Positions 1 to 13,499 of a stretch of DNA of 64,000 nucleotides are shown here, one piece after another. The notes under the pieces are model-generated. The model ran no database searches and had not been told where the DNA came from. It saw nothing but the letters and a program-made list of their open reading frames with translations. Source of the DNA: the human T2T-CHM13v2.0 reference genome, Homo sapiens; the NCBI RefSeq assembly GCF_009914755.1, contig NC_060927.1; one strand, written 5' to 3'. Position 1 is the first letter of the stretch. Every line of letters starts with the position of its first letter. Made by a program: the position numbers and the translations under genes.

Positions 1-1232
1 ACAGTATAGTTTGAAGTCAGGTAATTGGAAGACTCTGGGTTTGTTCTTTTTCTTTAGGATTGTGTTGGCTATTTGAGCTCTTTTTCCCTTCCACATGAGT
101 TTTTAAATAGTTTTCTCATTCTGTGAAGAATGTAATTGGTAGTTTGATAGGAACAGCATTGAATCTGTAAACTGCTTTGTATAATATGGCCATTCTTTCT
201 TTCTATGAGCATGAAATGTTTTTCCATTTTTTTGTGTTATCTCTAATTTATTGAGAAATGTTTTGTAATTCTTACTGTAGAGATCTTTCACTTCTCTGAT
301 TCCTAGCTGTATTCCTAGATATTTTATTATTTTTGTGGCTATTGTGAATGGTGTTGTGTTTCTGATTTGGTTCTCGGCTTGGCTGTTATTGTTGTATAGG
401 AATGTCAGTGATTTTTTTACATTGACTTTGTATCCTGAAACTTTGCTGAAGTTATCAGCTGAAGGAGTTTTTGGGCCAAGACTATGGGGTTTTCTAGATA
501 AAGAATCATGTAGGACCATGTAGGACACGCTCATGCGTGTAATCCCATCACTTTGGGAGGCTAAGGCAGGCAGATCACTTGAGCTCAGGAGTTCGAGACC
601 AGCCTGGCCAACATGGTGAAACCCTGTCTGTACTAAAAATACAAAGATTACCCAGTTGTGGTCGTGTACACCTGTAATCCCAGCTACTTTGGAGGTTGAG
701 GCAGAAGAATCATTTGAACCCAGGAGGCGGATGTTGCAATGAGCTGAGATTGTGCCACTGCACTTCAGCCTGGGTGATACAGCAAGCCTCTGCTGCAAAA
801 AAAAAAAAAAAAGTAAAAGATGAATCATGTCATCTGCAAACAAGGATAGTGTGACTTCTTCTCTTCCTATTTGGATGTCTTTTATATCTTTGTCTTACCT
901 GATTGCTCTGGTCAGGACTTCCAATACTATGTGGAATAGGAATGGTGAGAGATGTCATCCTTGTCTTGTGCCAGTTTACAAGGGGAATGCTTCCAGCTTT
1001 TGCTCATTTAGCACAATGTTGGCTGTATATTTGTCACAGATGACTCTGATTATTTTGAGGTATATTTCTTCAATGCCTTGTTTATTGAGATTTTTTAGCA
1101 TGAAAGGATATTGAATTTTATTGAAAGGCTTTTCTGCATCTATTGAGATAATCATGTGGTTTTTATCTTTAGTTGTTTATGTGATGAATTACATTTATTG
1201 ATTTGCATATGTTAAACCAACCTTGCATCCTG
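1..1232 (-). mobile_element. LINE-1 ORF2 (RT region) fragment, older primate L1 (L1PA13-16/L1PB-like), split by an Alu and running off the window's left edge
   Basis: Minus-strand translation gives ORF2 motifs (MFADDMI; [14 protein letters not shown]; IKYLGIQL). The segment ends at the GMQGWFN-equivalent sequence near 1232. Confidence 0.9.
527..812 (+). mobile_element. Alu (AluS-like) with an altered 5' end
   Basis: Dimeric Alu with central A-rich linker and poly(A) at 797-812. TSD GAATCATGT at 503-511 and 822-830. Confidence 0.93.
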
Positions 1233-3244
1233 AAACACCCGACTTCACATTTCTTGGAGATGGAACCCCAGCCCCAAGGGGCAAATGATAGTCGCCCTAC
1301 CACAGCCTCTATAGGAATCTACCCCTGCTACCTTCAGACTAACAATGGAGCAAAGACCCTAAGTGTCTTATCCATACCTCCAACAAGCTGCAGCTGACTC
1401 AAGAAGAGGACGCCAGTCCATTTCCTATGGGTCTCACTCACTCCCTCTGCTCATCACCAGGCAGGGAAACCCCTGGATTATGCCCACAGTACAGACCACC
1501 CACCTTGGGCTGATCGCACTGAACAATTGCTGACCTTCATCTCTTTGGAGTGGAGCCCCCAGGAGACAGGCAGAAGACCCTTAGCCATAACCACTACCAA
1601 AGTCCCTTCCTCTGCTGCCTCCAGGTTGGGGAGGAAATGTAAACCCTGAGATCACCCCAGAGCCATGATGGGCCTCCTAGGAGTACTAAGCCATGATCTA
1701 CAGCCAGAACTCAGCGGGGAGAGGGGCCCATACTTCCAGAGCAATGAGAGCTGAAACTGTGAGGAAATATAGGGGAGCCACGCAACTGAGCAAGAGGCCA
1801 CCTACTGACCACTATGGCTAAGCAGCGCTTCCTGGATAGATAATACCCCAAAGTTTCAACATCAAAAATACCTCACTAACATACATCCCTGTGAAACCAA
1901 AGACAAGAAACAAGCTACAAATAAAGACCCTGCACATAGCCTCAGCTCTGTGAAAACATCCAAAAGAGAAGTCTACTGACTATTCAGTCTATACTGCAGT
2001 TAAAGGAACACTTACACACAGAGATGAGAAAGAACGAACACAAGAACTCCAGATACTCAAATGGCCAGAGAGTCTTATGTTCTCCAAACAAATGAACTAG
2101 TTATCGAACAAAAGTTCTTAACCAGGCTGAGTTGACTGAAATTGCAGAAAAAGGATTCAGAATATGGATAGGAATGAAGATCTTTGAGACTAAGGAGAAT
2201 GGCAAAACCCAATCTAAGGAAACTAAGAATCACAATAAAACAATACAAGAGCTGAAGGATGAAATAGCTAGTGTAAAAAAGAGGATAACGAATGTGACAG
2301 AGCTGAAAAACACATTAAAAAATTTCACAATGAAATCACAAGTATTAACAGTGGAATAGGCCAAGCTGAGAAAAGAATCTCAGAACTTGAAAACTGGTTC
2401 TCTGAAATAAGACATCCAGACAAAAATAAAGAAAAAGAATAAAAAGGAATGAATAAAACCTTTGACAAATATGGGGTTATATAAAGAGGTGAAATCTATG
2501 AATCATTGGCATCCCTATAGGAGACAAAGACAAAGCAAACAACTTTGAAAACATGTTTTAGGATATCATCCATGAAAATTTCCTCAACCTTGCTAGAGAG
2601 GCCAACAGTCAAATTCAGAAAATACAGAGAATCCCTAAAAGATTCTACACAAGAAGTTCATCCTCAAGACACACAATCGTCAGATTTTCCAAGGTCAAAA
2701 TAAGGAATGTTAATAGTAGCTAGAGAAGAAGGACAGGTTACACACAAAAAGAATCCCATGAGGCTAACACTGGGTATCTCAGCAGAAACTCCGCAAGCTA
2801 GAAGACACTGGGGACCTACATTCAACATTTATAAAGAAAAAAATTTTCAATCAAGAATTTCATATCGAGCCAAACTAAGCTTTCTAAGTAAAGGAAAAAT
2901 AAGATCCTTTTCAGATAAGCAAATGCTGAGGGAGTTTGTTACCACGAGACCTACCTTAAAAGAAATCTTGAAAGAAGCACTAAATATAGAAAGGAAAACC
3001 GTTACCAGCAAATTCAAAAACATACTTGAGTACACAAATCAGTGCTATAAAGCAACCACACACAAAAAAAGCCAGCATAATAACCAGCTAACAACACAAT
3101 GACAGGATCAAATCCACACATATCAATACTACTCTTGAATGTAACTGGGCTAAATGCCCCAATTTAAAAGGCAAAGAGTGGCAAGATCTAATGGTATGCT
3201 ATCTTCAAAACACCCATCTCACATACAATGACACACGTAGGTTC
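1233..3244 (+). mobile_element. LINE-1 5' portion: part of 5'UTR, disrupted ORF1 and start of ORF2 (L1PREC2/L1PB-like)
   Basis: ORF1-like ATG at 2024. ORFs 2132-2359 and 2707-3102 translate to ORF1p (…FQSRISYRAKLSF…FSDKQMLREFVTTRP). ORF2 start MTGSNPHISILLLNV at 3099. Confidence 0.9.
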
Positions 3245-4770
3245 TGATGTTCTTAATTTGTCATCATTTTTTCCTAAAAATCCGTATTTCTGTTTGGTAC
3301 AATTTCTCTTCTGCCCAAAGAATTACTTTTAGCATTTATTTCTTCTCAAGATATAAATCCTCTGGCTAAAATTTTTAAATTTATTTTTATCTGAAAAGGT
3401 CTTTAACTGGCCTTTTTTTCTGAAATATATTTTTACTGGACATAAATTTCTGACTTACCAGTTTTTTCTTTTTTCTTTCAACACTTTAAAGTTTGTGTTC
3501 CACTGTCTTCTTGCCACCATAATTTGCCATGAGACATAGGGGGTCATTAGAAATGGTGCTTTCTTGTATATAATATGTAATTTTTTTCTACCTGCATATA
3601 AGAATTTTTTTATTTCTTGGTTTTTAAAAGTTTACCATAAACGTAGGCTTTTAAAAGCTATATTTATTTATTCTCTTTGGATTTTACTGAAATTCATGAG
3701 TTTGAAAATTAATGTCTCAAAAAAATTGGAGAGTTTTTGACCAATATTTCTTCAAATATGTTTGTTCTGCTCTCTTTCTCTTTTCTGTTTCTGGTACAAA
3801 AATTACACCTACATTAAACCATTAATGTTGCCTTCAGTAGTCAGCAGCTCCATTTATTCATTTTCAATAATTTCTACTTTATCTTTTTTGCAGATTGGGT
3901 AATTTTCATGGATTATCTTTTCTTGTCTACGTTCTACTGTTAAGCCCAGTGGAGATTTTATTAAATATATTTTATTTTTTCATTTTAAAACTTACATTTC
4001 ACACATTTTCATGTTTTATGTTTCTTTGCTGAGATTTCTTATGTTTTTATTCATTTTGAGTGCATTTATCTTTACTTCACTGAGCACTGCTTTTGATTCA
4101 TTGACTAACAATTCCAGCATTTAGATTATTTTGTGGTTGCACTCCTCTGTCTTTTCTATTGAGAATGGGTCACATACATTTCCCTTATTCTTTGTATGTT
4201 GAGTAATTTTTTGTGTTTTTCTAGGATATTATGAATGTTCTGCTGTGGAGAATCCAAATTCTGTTATACTCTATTAAACAATGTTGATTTATTTTAGATT
4301 GTTGTTTTTGTGGGTAATTGATTTGTTTTCATTCCAGCTTCAAGTTTTGTCTCCTGAGTCACAATTAAATTCTCAGTTCTGATCATTTAGTCTTTAAAGG
4401 ATGCTTTGAGCCTGCCTTGCACATGCATCATTCAGTCGACATTCAGGTATTTGGACATATTTTATGCACATAATTTACGGATCCCCTTCTTCGGTTCTTC
4501 CCCCTGAAATAACATATCGTTTTCCAATATTTGTGATTGCTTTTTGATATTTCTTCTTGTTTTTCAGGTGAGAGAGACAGCATGATGCTCATTAATGCCC
4601 CAGCAAGTTTTTGCACTACTAAGTGCCTCCTATTCTTCAAGTAAAACCTATAGAAACTGGAAAATCACTTTGTGCCACTCCCTTTATTCAAGTGTCACCT
4701 TTCTACAATATTTACTTTCTTTTTACACTTTCCAGAACTTTCTAGTAGTTTTAAGAATATTTTTATAGAC
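3245..4770 (-). mobile_element. Ancient L1M (L1ME/L1MD-like) ORF1/5' region, highly decayed
   Basis: T-rich antisense L1 ORF1-type phrases (e.g. ttcaacactttaaag…ttccactgtcttcttgcc; aatatttcttcaaatat). Confidence 0.6.
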
Positions 4771-4774
4771 TTTG

Positions 4775-7605
4775 AACGTCTGGTTTATTTTGAACATGTA
4801 AAGAGCTTGAAAGTTATTTTTCAAACCTGTCAATAAGAAAAAGCTGGAAAAACTAAAAATCAACACATTTTCCTGGACCCAGCAGAGAAGTAAAGATGCA
4901 GTAAGTATCCTAAATCTGGAGACATGGGCATATGTAAAGAGAAACAGGAAGCAAATTTACTTACGAAGAGGAGAAGCTGCTAGAGCCATGAACTGGTGGG
5001 GATACTTAAATTATAATTTTGATGAATATTTGTTGGCTGACGGTAGACTAGCAGGGGAGTGAAGAACTCTTGGGAGCTGCATTCTTGTGGGATTATCTTT
5101 ATACTATCTTAGGCTTTCCATCCAGAACCCCACTATGGTCTCATAGTGAAAATTTGAGAAAGATCCCCTTAGGAAATAATCTTCTAAAATGCCTCCATCT
5201 GTCCAATCCCTTCTATCCTTTGTTCCCACCCAAGGAAAAATTATATCAACAGGAGATGGGACTTCAAGGAAATAGATTGGGAAGGTATTGGCCAGGTAGA
5301 GAAGTGGAAGGAAAGGGAAAAATAAGCTATACCACGTGAGGATAAACAAAAATATTTGTGAAGGCCACAGCCATGGAACACAACAGAAGACAAAAAAGCT
5401 GAGATTAATCAGAAAATTATAGAACAATCCCCCTTAGCCACATCCTACTACCAAATCCCCACAGGTTGCTACTATAATGAGGGTGGATTGCAGCTGAAAG
5501 ATCTTCCAGTCAGACTCCCTCCAAGGGGCAGTAACTTGAGAATTTCACCAAGCCAAGAGAAGATGTAAAAATAAGAATACTAGATGAATTTTAAACCCCT
5601 AATAACTATAGCTACATGGAACATTAAACATAGCCCAACTCCTGGCATGATTAAAATAAATCATCACAGTAAAGTCTTATTTACTTTAGTTCACATTAGT
5701 CAATACAGGATGTCTGATTGTCTGCCAAAAATGACAATATGTACAAAAAGGTAAGGAAAAATATTATCTAAAAAGACAGAAAATACCAGAACCAGACTTA
5801 GATACAATACATATGTAAAAATCTTCAGACAGAGAATTTAAAATGGCTATGATTATGCTAAGGAATCTAATAGAAAAACTGGAAAACATGCAAGAACAAA
5901 GAAATAAAGCAATCGGAGAGACATACACTCTAAGAAAGAATCAAAAAGAAATGCTAGGAAAAAAGTCCCGACAGTAACAGAAATAAAGAATGCCTTTGAT
6001 GTGCTCATCAGAAGACTCAAAAAAGAATTAGCAAACTTGAAGATAGGTCAATAGAAACTTCTCACACTAACATGCAAAAAGAAAAAAAAGCATTAGAGAA
6101 GAAACAGTACAGATCATGCAATAACCGGGAGACAGTTTCAAAATGTATAAAATACATATAATTTGAATACCAAAGAAGAAGAAAGAGAAAATGGAACAGA
6201 AGAAATATCTAAAGAATTTGTGTCTAAGAACTTTCCAAAATAGACTATAAAAAGCAAACTACATATCTAGGAACACAGAGAACACCAAACTGAAATAAAT
6301 CAAAACAAACAAACACAAAACCCCAGCACCACCACCAACTGAAAACCTACCTAGGTATATCATATTCAAACTGTGGAAAACTGAAGAGAATAAATGAAGA
6401 AAGCTATAAAAAAAAAATTTCTTACCTTAAGAGTAACAAGTATGCAAATTGCAGTGGGCTTCTTATCAGAAATCATGCAAGGAAATAGAAAGTGATGGAC
6501 AACCTTTAATGTTTTGAAAGTAAAATCCCACCAAACCCAGAATCCTATATCCAGTGAAATTATCCTTCAAAATTGAAGAGAAAAAGGCTGCCTCAAAAAC
6601 CCAAAATGAGAAATTTATTGTCAGTAGCCCTGTCCTAAAATAAATGTCAAAATAAATTCTTCAGGCAAATATAAAATAATATAGATCAGAAACTGAGATC
6701 TTAATTTAAAAAGGCAAAGTGCTGACAAATAAATAAATAAAAATATAATGTATGGTTTCTATTTTAATTTATATTAAAATAATGGTATATTTAAAGCAAT
6801 AATAACAATGTATTGAGTAATTATGGGATAAGGATTAGTGAAATGAAGACCGTAATGTCACAAGTGATAGGAGAAATGGATTGGAAATATTGACTTTGTC
6901 ATAAAGTACCTGCACTACAGGTGGAGTAGTATAGCGATATCTTAATAGAATTTAGACCATTTTTAAAGATGTATTTTGTAAACTCTAGGGCAACCACTAA
7001 ATATTTTTTAAAAGAAATATGATGAATGGGGCAATTATCTAAGAAGACATAAAAATCCTTAACAAAACATGAAAATGCACGAGGCAAAAATTGGTAGGAT
7101 CAAAAGAAGGAATTAAAACATTAGCTATAATAGTAGGAGACTTCAACACCCCTCTTTCAATAATTGATAGATCAAGTAAGCAAAACATCTGTATTAGGTT
7201 GGTGAAAAAGTAATTGCAGGTTTTGCAATAAAAAATAACTGCAAATTGATTAATTTGAGGACCTGAGTATCACTATCAATCACCTTGACCTAACTGACAT
7301 TTATAGGATCCTCCATCTCAAAACAGCAAAACGCACATTCTTCTCAAGCTCACATGGAACCTTCATCATGATGGAGTACATTCTGTGACATAAAACACAC
7401 CTTAACAAAATTAAAATAATCGAATTCATTCAAAGTGTATTCTCACACCACAATTGAATTAAATTAGAAAAAATACCAAAAATAGACATCCTCCAAATAT
7501 TTGAAAATTAAACGACAGATTTGTGAATAAACTATGGACAAAAGAAGAATTCTGAAAAGAAATTTAATACTATATTGAACTAAATAAAACTGAAAATACA
7601 ATTTT
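4775..7605 (+). mobile_element. Old L1MC/L1MD-type element: 5'UTR, ORF1 and ORF2 endonuclease region
   Basis: A-rich sense strand. ORF1 remnant (cccagaatcctatatccagtgaaattatccttcaaa) and endonuclease remnants (gtaggagacttcaacacccctctttcaataattgataga; cacattcttctcaagctcacatggaac). Confidence 0.8.
7194..7250. mobile_element. MADE1 (Hsmar1-derived MITE) remnant inside the L1
   Basis: TA followed by ttaggttggtgaaaaagtaattgc, which matches the Hsmar1/MADE1 TIR. The second TIR is eroded. Confidence 0.75.
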
Positions 7606-7764
7606 TATATCTTTGTTGTCTGTCAGAGGGCCATTCTAGTAAGAGTTCACTTATCAAATTTTATAACTGCTTCTTAGAATTATTATGTAACTTGATGGGT
7701 GGGTTTTAATACAAATAGTTATTTCATGACATTTATCAGGTTAAGTTTACTTTCTTTTTCTCTA

Positions 7765-7938
7765 TTATTTTTATTTTTTTTATTTTTCTCAGAGACAAGG
7801 TCTTCCTTTGTTGCCCAGGTGGGAGTGCAGTGGTACTGTTACAGCTCACTGCTGCCTTGAACTCCTGGCCTCAAGTGATCCTCCTGCCTCTGCCTTCCAA
7901 AGCATCGGGATTGTGGGCATGAACTACCATGCCTGGCC
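7765..7938 (-). mobile_element. Alu monomer (FRAM/FAM-like)
   Basis: T-rich tail followed by a single antisense Alu arm ending gcctggcc. Confidence 0.85.
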
Positions 7939-8127
7939 TTCTAAATTTTCAATTGATCACTTTGTTTTTCCGCTTCTTTTATTTTCCATTTATAGCTTTC
8001 CTGAATTCACCTAATTTTCATTATTTCTTCCCATTTTCTATTTTTAGTGGTGCTTCCAATAGTTAGTATAATTATTTGTATGTATTTATCATATTGAACG
8101 TAATTCTAAAAATAAAAATTAATATTA

Positions 8128-8595
8128 CAGGTCCATAACTGCTTATGTAGATCCCTTGGTGCCAGATGTCTTTCCAATTCAGCATTTTTTCATATTTTAA
8201 AAAGATAATGCAGGTTGGGCACAGTGGCATGCACCTCCCAGCTACTCAGAAGGCTGAGGCAAGAGGATTGCTGGAGCCTAGAAGTTTGAGACCAGCCTGG
8301 GCAACATAGCAAGACCCATCTCATTTAAGAAAAAGGTAAATCCGCAAAAGCACGTATTATATAACAAAACCCCAGAAGCAGAATCTGGAACACATTAATA
8401 TGCCTATTCTGAATCATGTGGTTAATGATACTAAGTAGGAGAAATAAGGACTTTGCATATCCACATATATTTGTTCAGATCACATTTTGCTGCCAAATTA
8501 ATTTTACTTTAATGTGAGGGAAAATATTTTGAAAAATCACTTTTGTAGGTTTTTTTTTCATACTTCAGAATATCAAATTAAAGGTTGTAGACCTG
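8128..8595. mobile_element. TcMar-Tigger-like DNA transposon remnant interrupted by a FLAM
   Basis: TA|caggtccataac at the left end and ggttgtagacctg at the right end form imperfect TIRs. Confidence 0.55.
8213..8335 (+). mobile_element. FLAM (free left Alu monomer)
   Basis: ggttgggcacagtggc…gagaccagcctgggcaacatagcaagaccc followed by an A-rich tail, about 120 bp. Confidence 0.85.
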
Positions 8596-8689
8596 AATCT
8601 TTAATTTGATCTATGCATAGCTGTAAAATTAAAGATTAAGGTCTATATATATATATTTGATTTGGGTTTCCCACATCCAAATTCTATGC

Positions 8690-9300
8690 CACCCTTTGCT
8701 AATATTTTGCCTCAGTTTTGAATTTAAATTCCCCAAAGTAGTAACCATTAATTTACAATAACAATTTGTTTGGATTCTGCAATATGGTGCCTATATTTTT
8801 GTCCATCATTATTATTTACATCCTACTCTCTTCTTGGGCAATCTTATTTTGTGCTGAGGACAACATTTTAATGTTTTTTAAGTTAGTCTATGATTGGTAA
8901 GCACTTTCAGTTTTTGTAAATTTGAACTTTTTTTTTAATTTCACCATCATGCTTAAATGACAGTTTAGTCGTGTGTTGAATTCTAGGTTTACACTTACTT
9001 TCTCTAAATGCTTTAAAAAAAATATTTGTTAGATTTTTATTATTGCTAAATACATGTATTGATTCATGATCTTTCTTTGATAGAAAAGTTTGGGTTTGTT
9101 TACCTCTGATAATTCTTAATATCTTCTCCCATCTTTTGAGCTCATTTGTCTGTGTTTTTAAGTTGAAAGACTATACTTTTTATCTCTAAAGGGTTTTTTT
9201 TTTTTTTTAGTGCTGCTTAGGATATGCTTATGCCCTCCTATTATTGCTTTCGATTACCTTTCTTTATCTACAGATTATCTGAAAGTGTCTTTCAGATTGC
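8690..9300 (-). mobile_element. Ancient L1ME/HAL1-like fragment
   Basis: Antisense ORF1-type phrase tttcaccatcatgcttaaatgacagtttag…gaattctaggtt. Confidence 0.45.
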
Positions 9301-11224
9301 GTTTATAATTCAAGTGCTATGAATACTAATTCTTGTGTTTAAAGGGTTTATCATCTTTCTTGATTATCTCTGCGTATTGTTTGGGAGCCACGTAAGTTAT
9401 CGCATGTGGTGCATTGGTTTGACCTGTGCTTCCCTACTTTTGTCCCTGTGCTGACTCTCCTATGCTGAGCCAGAGTTTTCCAGTATTGTCTCCATGATCA
9501 ATGACATCCAGCATCAGCACCTTCTGCCATGACCACTACCATCACCGCAGATGCAGAGGCTCCGACAACTCCGTTTAATAATGCCAAACCTCAAATCAGT
9601 TATACGCTATCCTCTTTGGCAATAAATATTTTTTTTCAAATTTACATTATCATGGATGCTGTAACTAAGTGGATATAAAAACACTTTCTCCTTCCCGATA
9701 CGTTGCCTATTATATGAAAATCATAATGTGGTGTTCGGGGCCTCATGATGTTTTAACATTTAATAAGTTATATTTTCAATTTCACAAAGAGACTTTTTTT
9801 GTGTGTCCAGGAAACACACAGGTAACTTATTGAAAATCTCTAGGCCATGAAGCTTTCACATAACATCTATTATGCACGGTCCAGGACTTTCCTTTGAAAT
9901 TTCAACTCTGCTGAATTTGGTTCTTCGTACCTCATTTTCAGGGCCTGTGGAAAACTCATTGTGATTGGACATTTGTGCTCTTCTTCCCCCAACTCCACAC
10001 ACACAGAAAATCCCAGGTCAATAGATATGCTTGTTTGTTTCAGAACAACTCTTTACATGATTCAAATGTTTATGTCAGAAAGCCAGAAAGCGCTACTAAC
10101 TTCACATATGTATTGGAATACAAATAAGTGTTTCTATAGGTCAGAACTATTCTAATATAACTTTGATATCCTCCTTCACAAAGCAAAAGACATTTTCTCC
10201 TAGAATTGTTCAATATTTACTAGTGGAGGTAGATGGAGGAATAGATCACTGTAAAACTACTTGTTAAGTGCTGTCTTGGAGATAGATCCAGTCAGATGTG
10301 CTCAGAATACAAAGAACTTACTCCTTTGTAGGATATGTCAATGGGGTTTAATGTTATATTTGCATTTGGTTTCTTTTGATTGACTTATTAAGCATATTAT
10401 TTGATAAAAACTCAAATTAACTTATTTGTGAAAATGTTTTACTTCTACTGTTCTATGTACCCATAGTGATTTCCAGGGGAAAGAAATGTAAAATAGAAAG
10501 TGATAACTGAAATTTCTGACAAGATTTCTGCTATGCCAGTTCAACTTTTAATTTAGTTTCATATGCATTTTTTTTCCTTTTGCTAGGGATAGTAATGAAA
10601 TTTATAAAGCAAATGAATAATATAACTTTCTAATAATAGACAGAGCTACATAACACATTGTAGTTTAATACAAACAGTTATCATTACCAAAAGCAAAAAT
10701 TAACATGTCTAATTTTTTTTCTATGGGATGAAAATGTCCTGTGAATAACAGGGGTGTGAAAAAGGCCATGTAGTGAGTCTGGATATTCAAAGTAAAATAT
10801 TGAGACAAGAGAAAATCTGATAGCAAACATTTATTATTTTATTTAGTTATTCCAGAAACATTAAGTATCTATTATTGGCTATCTCCTGTTCTAGATGCTG
10901 GTGAAGCAGCAGAGAGTAAACTAGGTAAGAGTCTATGTTTTTCTAGCACTAATATTCTAGTGTGGAGAAAAAGTAAAGAATCAAAGTTAACTAGTAAAAT
11001 ATGCGTATTATCCTAAGTGATCACTATTATGGAGAAAGATTAAGTAAGGAAACAGGACAGAGCAGGGGGTCATAGATGGCTGTGATTTTACATTAGTTGG
11101 TCAGGATAATTCATCACTGAACAGCTTAAGTAAAGACCCAATGGAGGTGAGGGGAGAAAGCTACAGGCCTATCAGGAGGGTGGATATTTTAAGCAGAAGG
11201 AATGGTAAGTACAACGACAGTATT

Positions 11225-11789
11225 CTTTCTTTGATTTAAACAGCTTTCCTGAAATATAATTGACATATAAATAATTGTACATATTAAAGAATTGCAAATA
11301 TTTAACATATACAGTTGGATGATTTGGGGCCTATAGGAACCCCTGTTTATCCATGATACCATAACCAGAATCAAGGTAATCGATACAGCCAATACTTTCC
11401 AGTTTCCTGGGTCTCTTCGTCATTATTTTTGTTTATTTTGTGGTAAGAACACTTAACATGAGATGTACACTCCTAACAAATTTTGAAGAGCACAATACTG
11501 TCTTATTGACTATAGGCCCTATGTTGTACAGCAGATCTCTAGAATTTATTCACCTAGCATAACAGAAACTTTATGCCCACTGAACAACTTCCCAGTTCCC
11601 TTACCTCAGACCCTGGTAATAGCTATTGCATTATCTGCTTCTATGAGTTTGACTATTTAAGATACCTCATGTAAACAGAATCATGCAGTGATTGTCCTCA
11701 AACTGGCTTACTTTACTTGGCCTAGTGTCCTCCAGCTTGGTGCATGTTGTTGTATATGGCAGTTTTTCCTTCATTTAAATGCCTGAATA

Positions 11790-11837
<48 letters not shown>

Positions 11838-11955
11838 TGTGTGTGTATCATGTTTTCTTTATCCAGTCATTTATTGATGGACACCTGGACTGTTTTTATA
11901 TCTTGGCTATTGTGAATAATGTTGCAATAAGCATGAGAGTGCAGATATCTCTTTA
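11225..11955 (-). mobile_element. L1MA/L1MB 3' end fragment
   Basis: Typical antisense 3'UTR (cagctttcctgaaatataattgac; tgtacagcagatctctagaa; tcttggctattgtgaataat). Confidence 0.85.
11794..11846. repeat. Compound microsatellite (TC)n(GT)n
   Basis: Direct reading: about 13 TC units then about 13 GT units. Confidence 0.97.
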
Positions 11956-12399
11956 AAATAAAAGGCATGAACTTGTGTGTAGAGTTTTCTGAATAACAGG
12001 GAGAATACTGTGGCTATGGAGAGTGAGTGAAGGGGAAGATAATACAATTCAATAAGTGTAAAATCAGAGAAGATATTTTTAGTGTCATGGAGTCCTTACT
12101 AATATGCATATATTACCTCAGTATAAATGCTTTTGATTAAAAGGATAAAAATGCAGGTTCCATCTCACTTTGGAAGCTAGCTCCATCTTAATAAAGAAGT
12201 CTAATTTCTTCTTGCTTCCCTCAAGCACTCTATGCTCTAATATTATTCAATTATTCAATTATTACTATTCTTCATATTGTGCATGTTCTTACTACACTAA
12301 TAATTTTCACAAAGAAATTCCATTGCTTATAAGCTTTTTCTGATCTTTCTCACTTTAATCCATATACTATTCTTCTTTAAGAGCTTAAATATACACATA

Positions 12400-12622
12400 G
12401 TCTCCTCTAGATTTTCCTTTGTCCCTAGAATTGATTAGGCACATCTCAGTATGCTACCATAATGCACTGTACCTAACCCTTTTATCACTTTAGTCATGCT
12501 GTATATTAAATGCTGGTTTACTTACCTATCTATTAGGTTATTGAGTGTAAGGGCTTTGTCTTATTTATGGTGATTTCCCTGTATCCAGTGCAAGCCTTTG
12601 CACAAGTATTTGTGAATAAACA
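12400..12622 (+). mobile_element. L2 3' end
   Basis: ggctttgtcttatttatg…tatccagtgc…aagtatttgtgaataaa resembles the L2 terminus. Confidence 0.6.
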
Positions 12623-13499
12623 AAAATTCATTTGGCCTTAAAATGATAATTGCTATGATGATTTTAACAACAAAAATCACAATAAACTTGCTTTATAATG
12701 AAGTTTTCTACTCCAAAAGTGGGAACAGTGTCATGAAAATAATTACTTTGCATTTACTTCCCTATAATTAGAAAAAGAAAATACGCACAAAGGAGAACTC
12801 TAACATCTTCAGACATACAAGGAAAGCAAATTGTTCTTAGTATGAATAATTTCACTCTTCAATACATTTATCTCAAAGTAAAAAATTCCACTTGAAAAAT
12901 AATAGGCAGTTGATTAGCTACTAATATGATAGCAACATTTCTTATGTGTTCAAAATCTGTCTTGTGTTTTACTGAATACTTACACCTTCTACTTGCCAAC
13001 ACCATTTTTTATTTGGAGTACTTGGGCTTTTAATTTGCTAAGATAAGATCCTCAAAAAATGGTGTAAAGAGAAAAATAAAGTAGCTCTGTTACTCTAATA
13101 TTTTGTTAATAAATTAACATGGTTCATGTAAAACTTTCTTATGATGGATATTAATTTTTCTTATTTTAGCACTTTCAGGTATAGTTATAAGTCTTGTTGG
13201 CTATTACTGAGAAATGGTTTTCTAACAATTACAGCAAGAAAGGTTTCCATTAGTTAAATATATTTTATGCCTTCACTTTTTTCCATTACTTAGTATCTTT
13301 GGCAAAGGTGAAATTAAATGCAAAATGTAGCCTTAGAATTAATCATGTCCAGATATAAACATGTATGTCCAGATATAGTTTATGCCAGGACATGATGATT
13401 GCTCATAGAAGTATTACCTACTTTTAACAGAAAAATACATTGTCTGGGCAAAAAAACACCTTTGATGTAAATAACCAGCTCAATGCAATGTACAAATAA

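Larger units (their letters stand above)
10830..12095 (-). mobile_element. L2 3' region interrupted by an L1 3' end
   Basis: L2 antisense phrases (ctcctgttctagatgctgg…attctagtgtggaga; taagcagaaggaatggtaagt) that resume after about 11960. Confidence 0.65.

Noticed and set aside
103-843. 246-aa minus-strand ORF
   Set aside because: A chance read-through of L1 ORF2 fragments and an antisense Alu (typical Alu-derived peptide [13 protein letters not shown]). It is not a gene.
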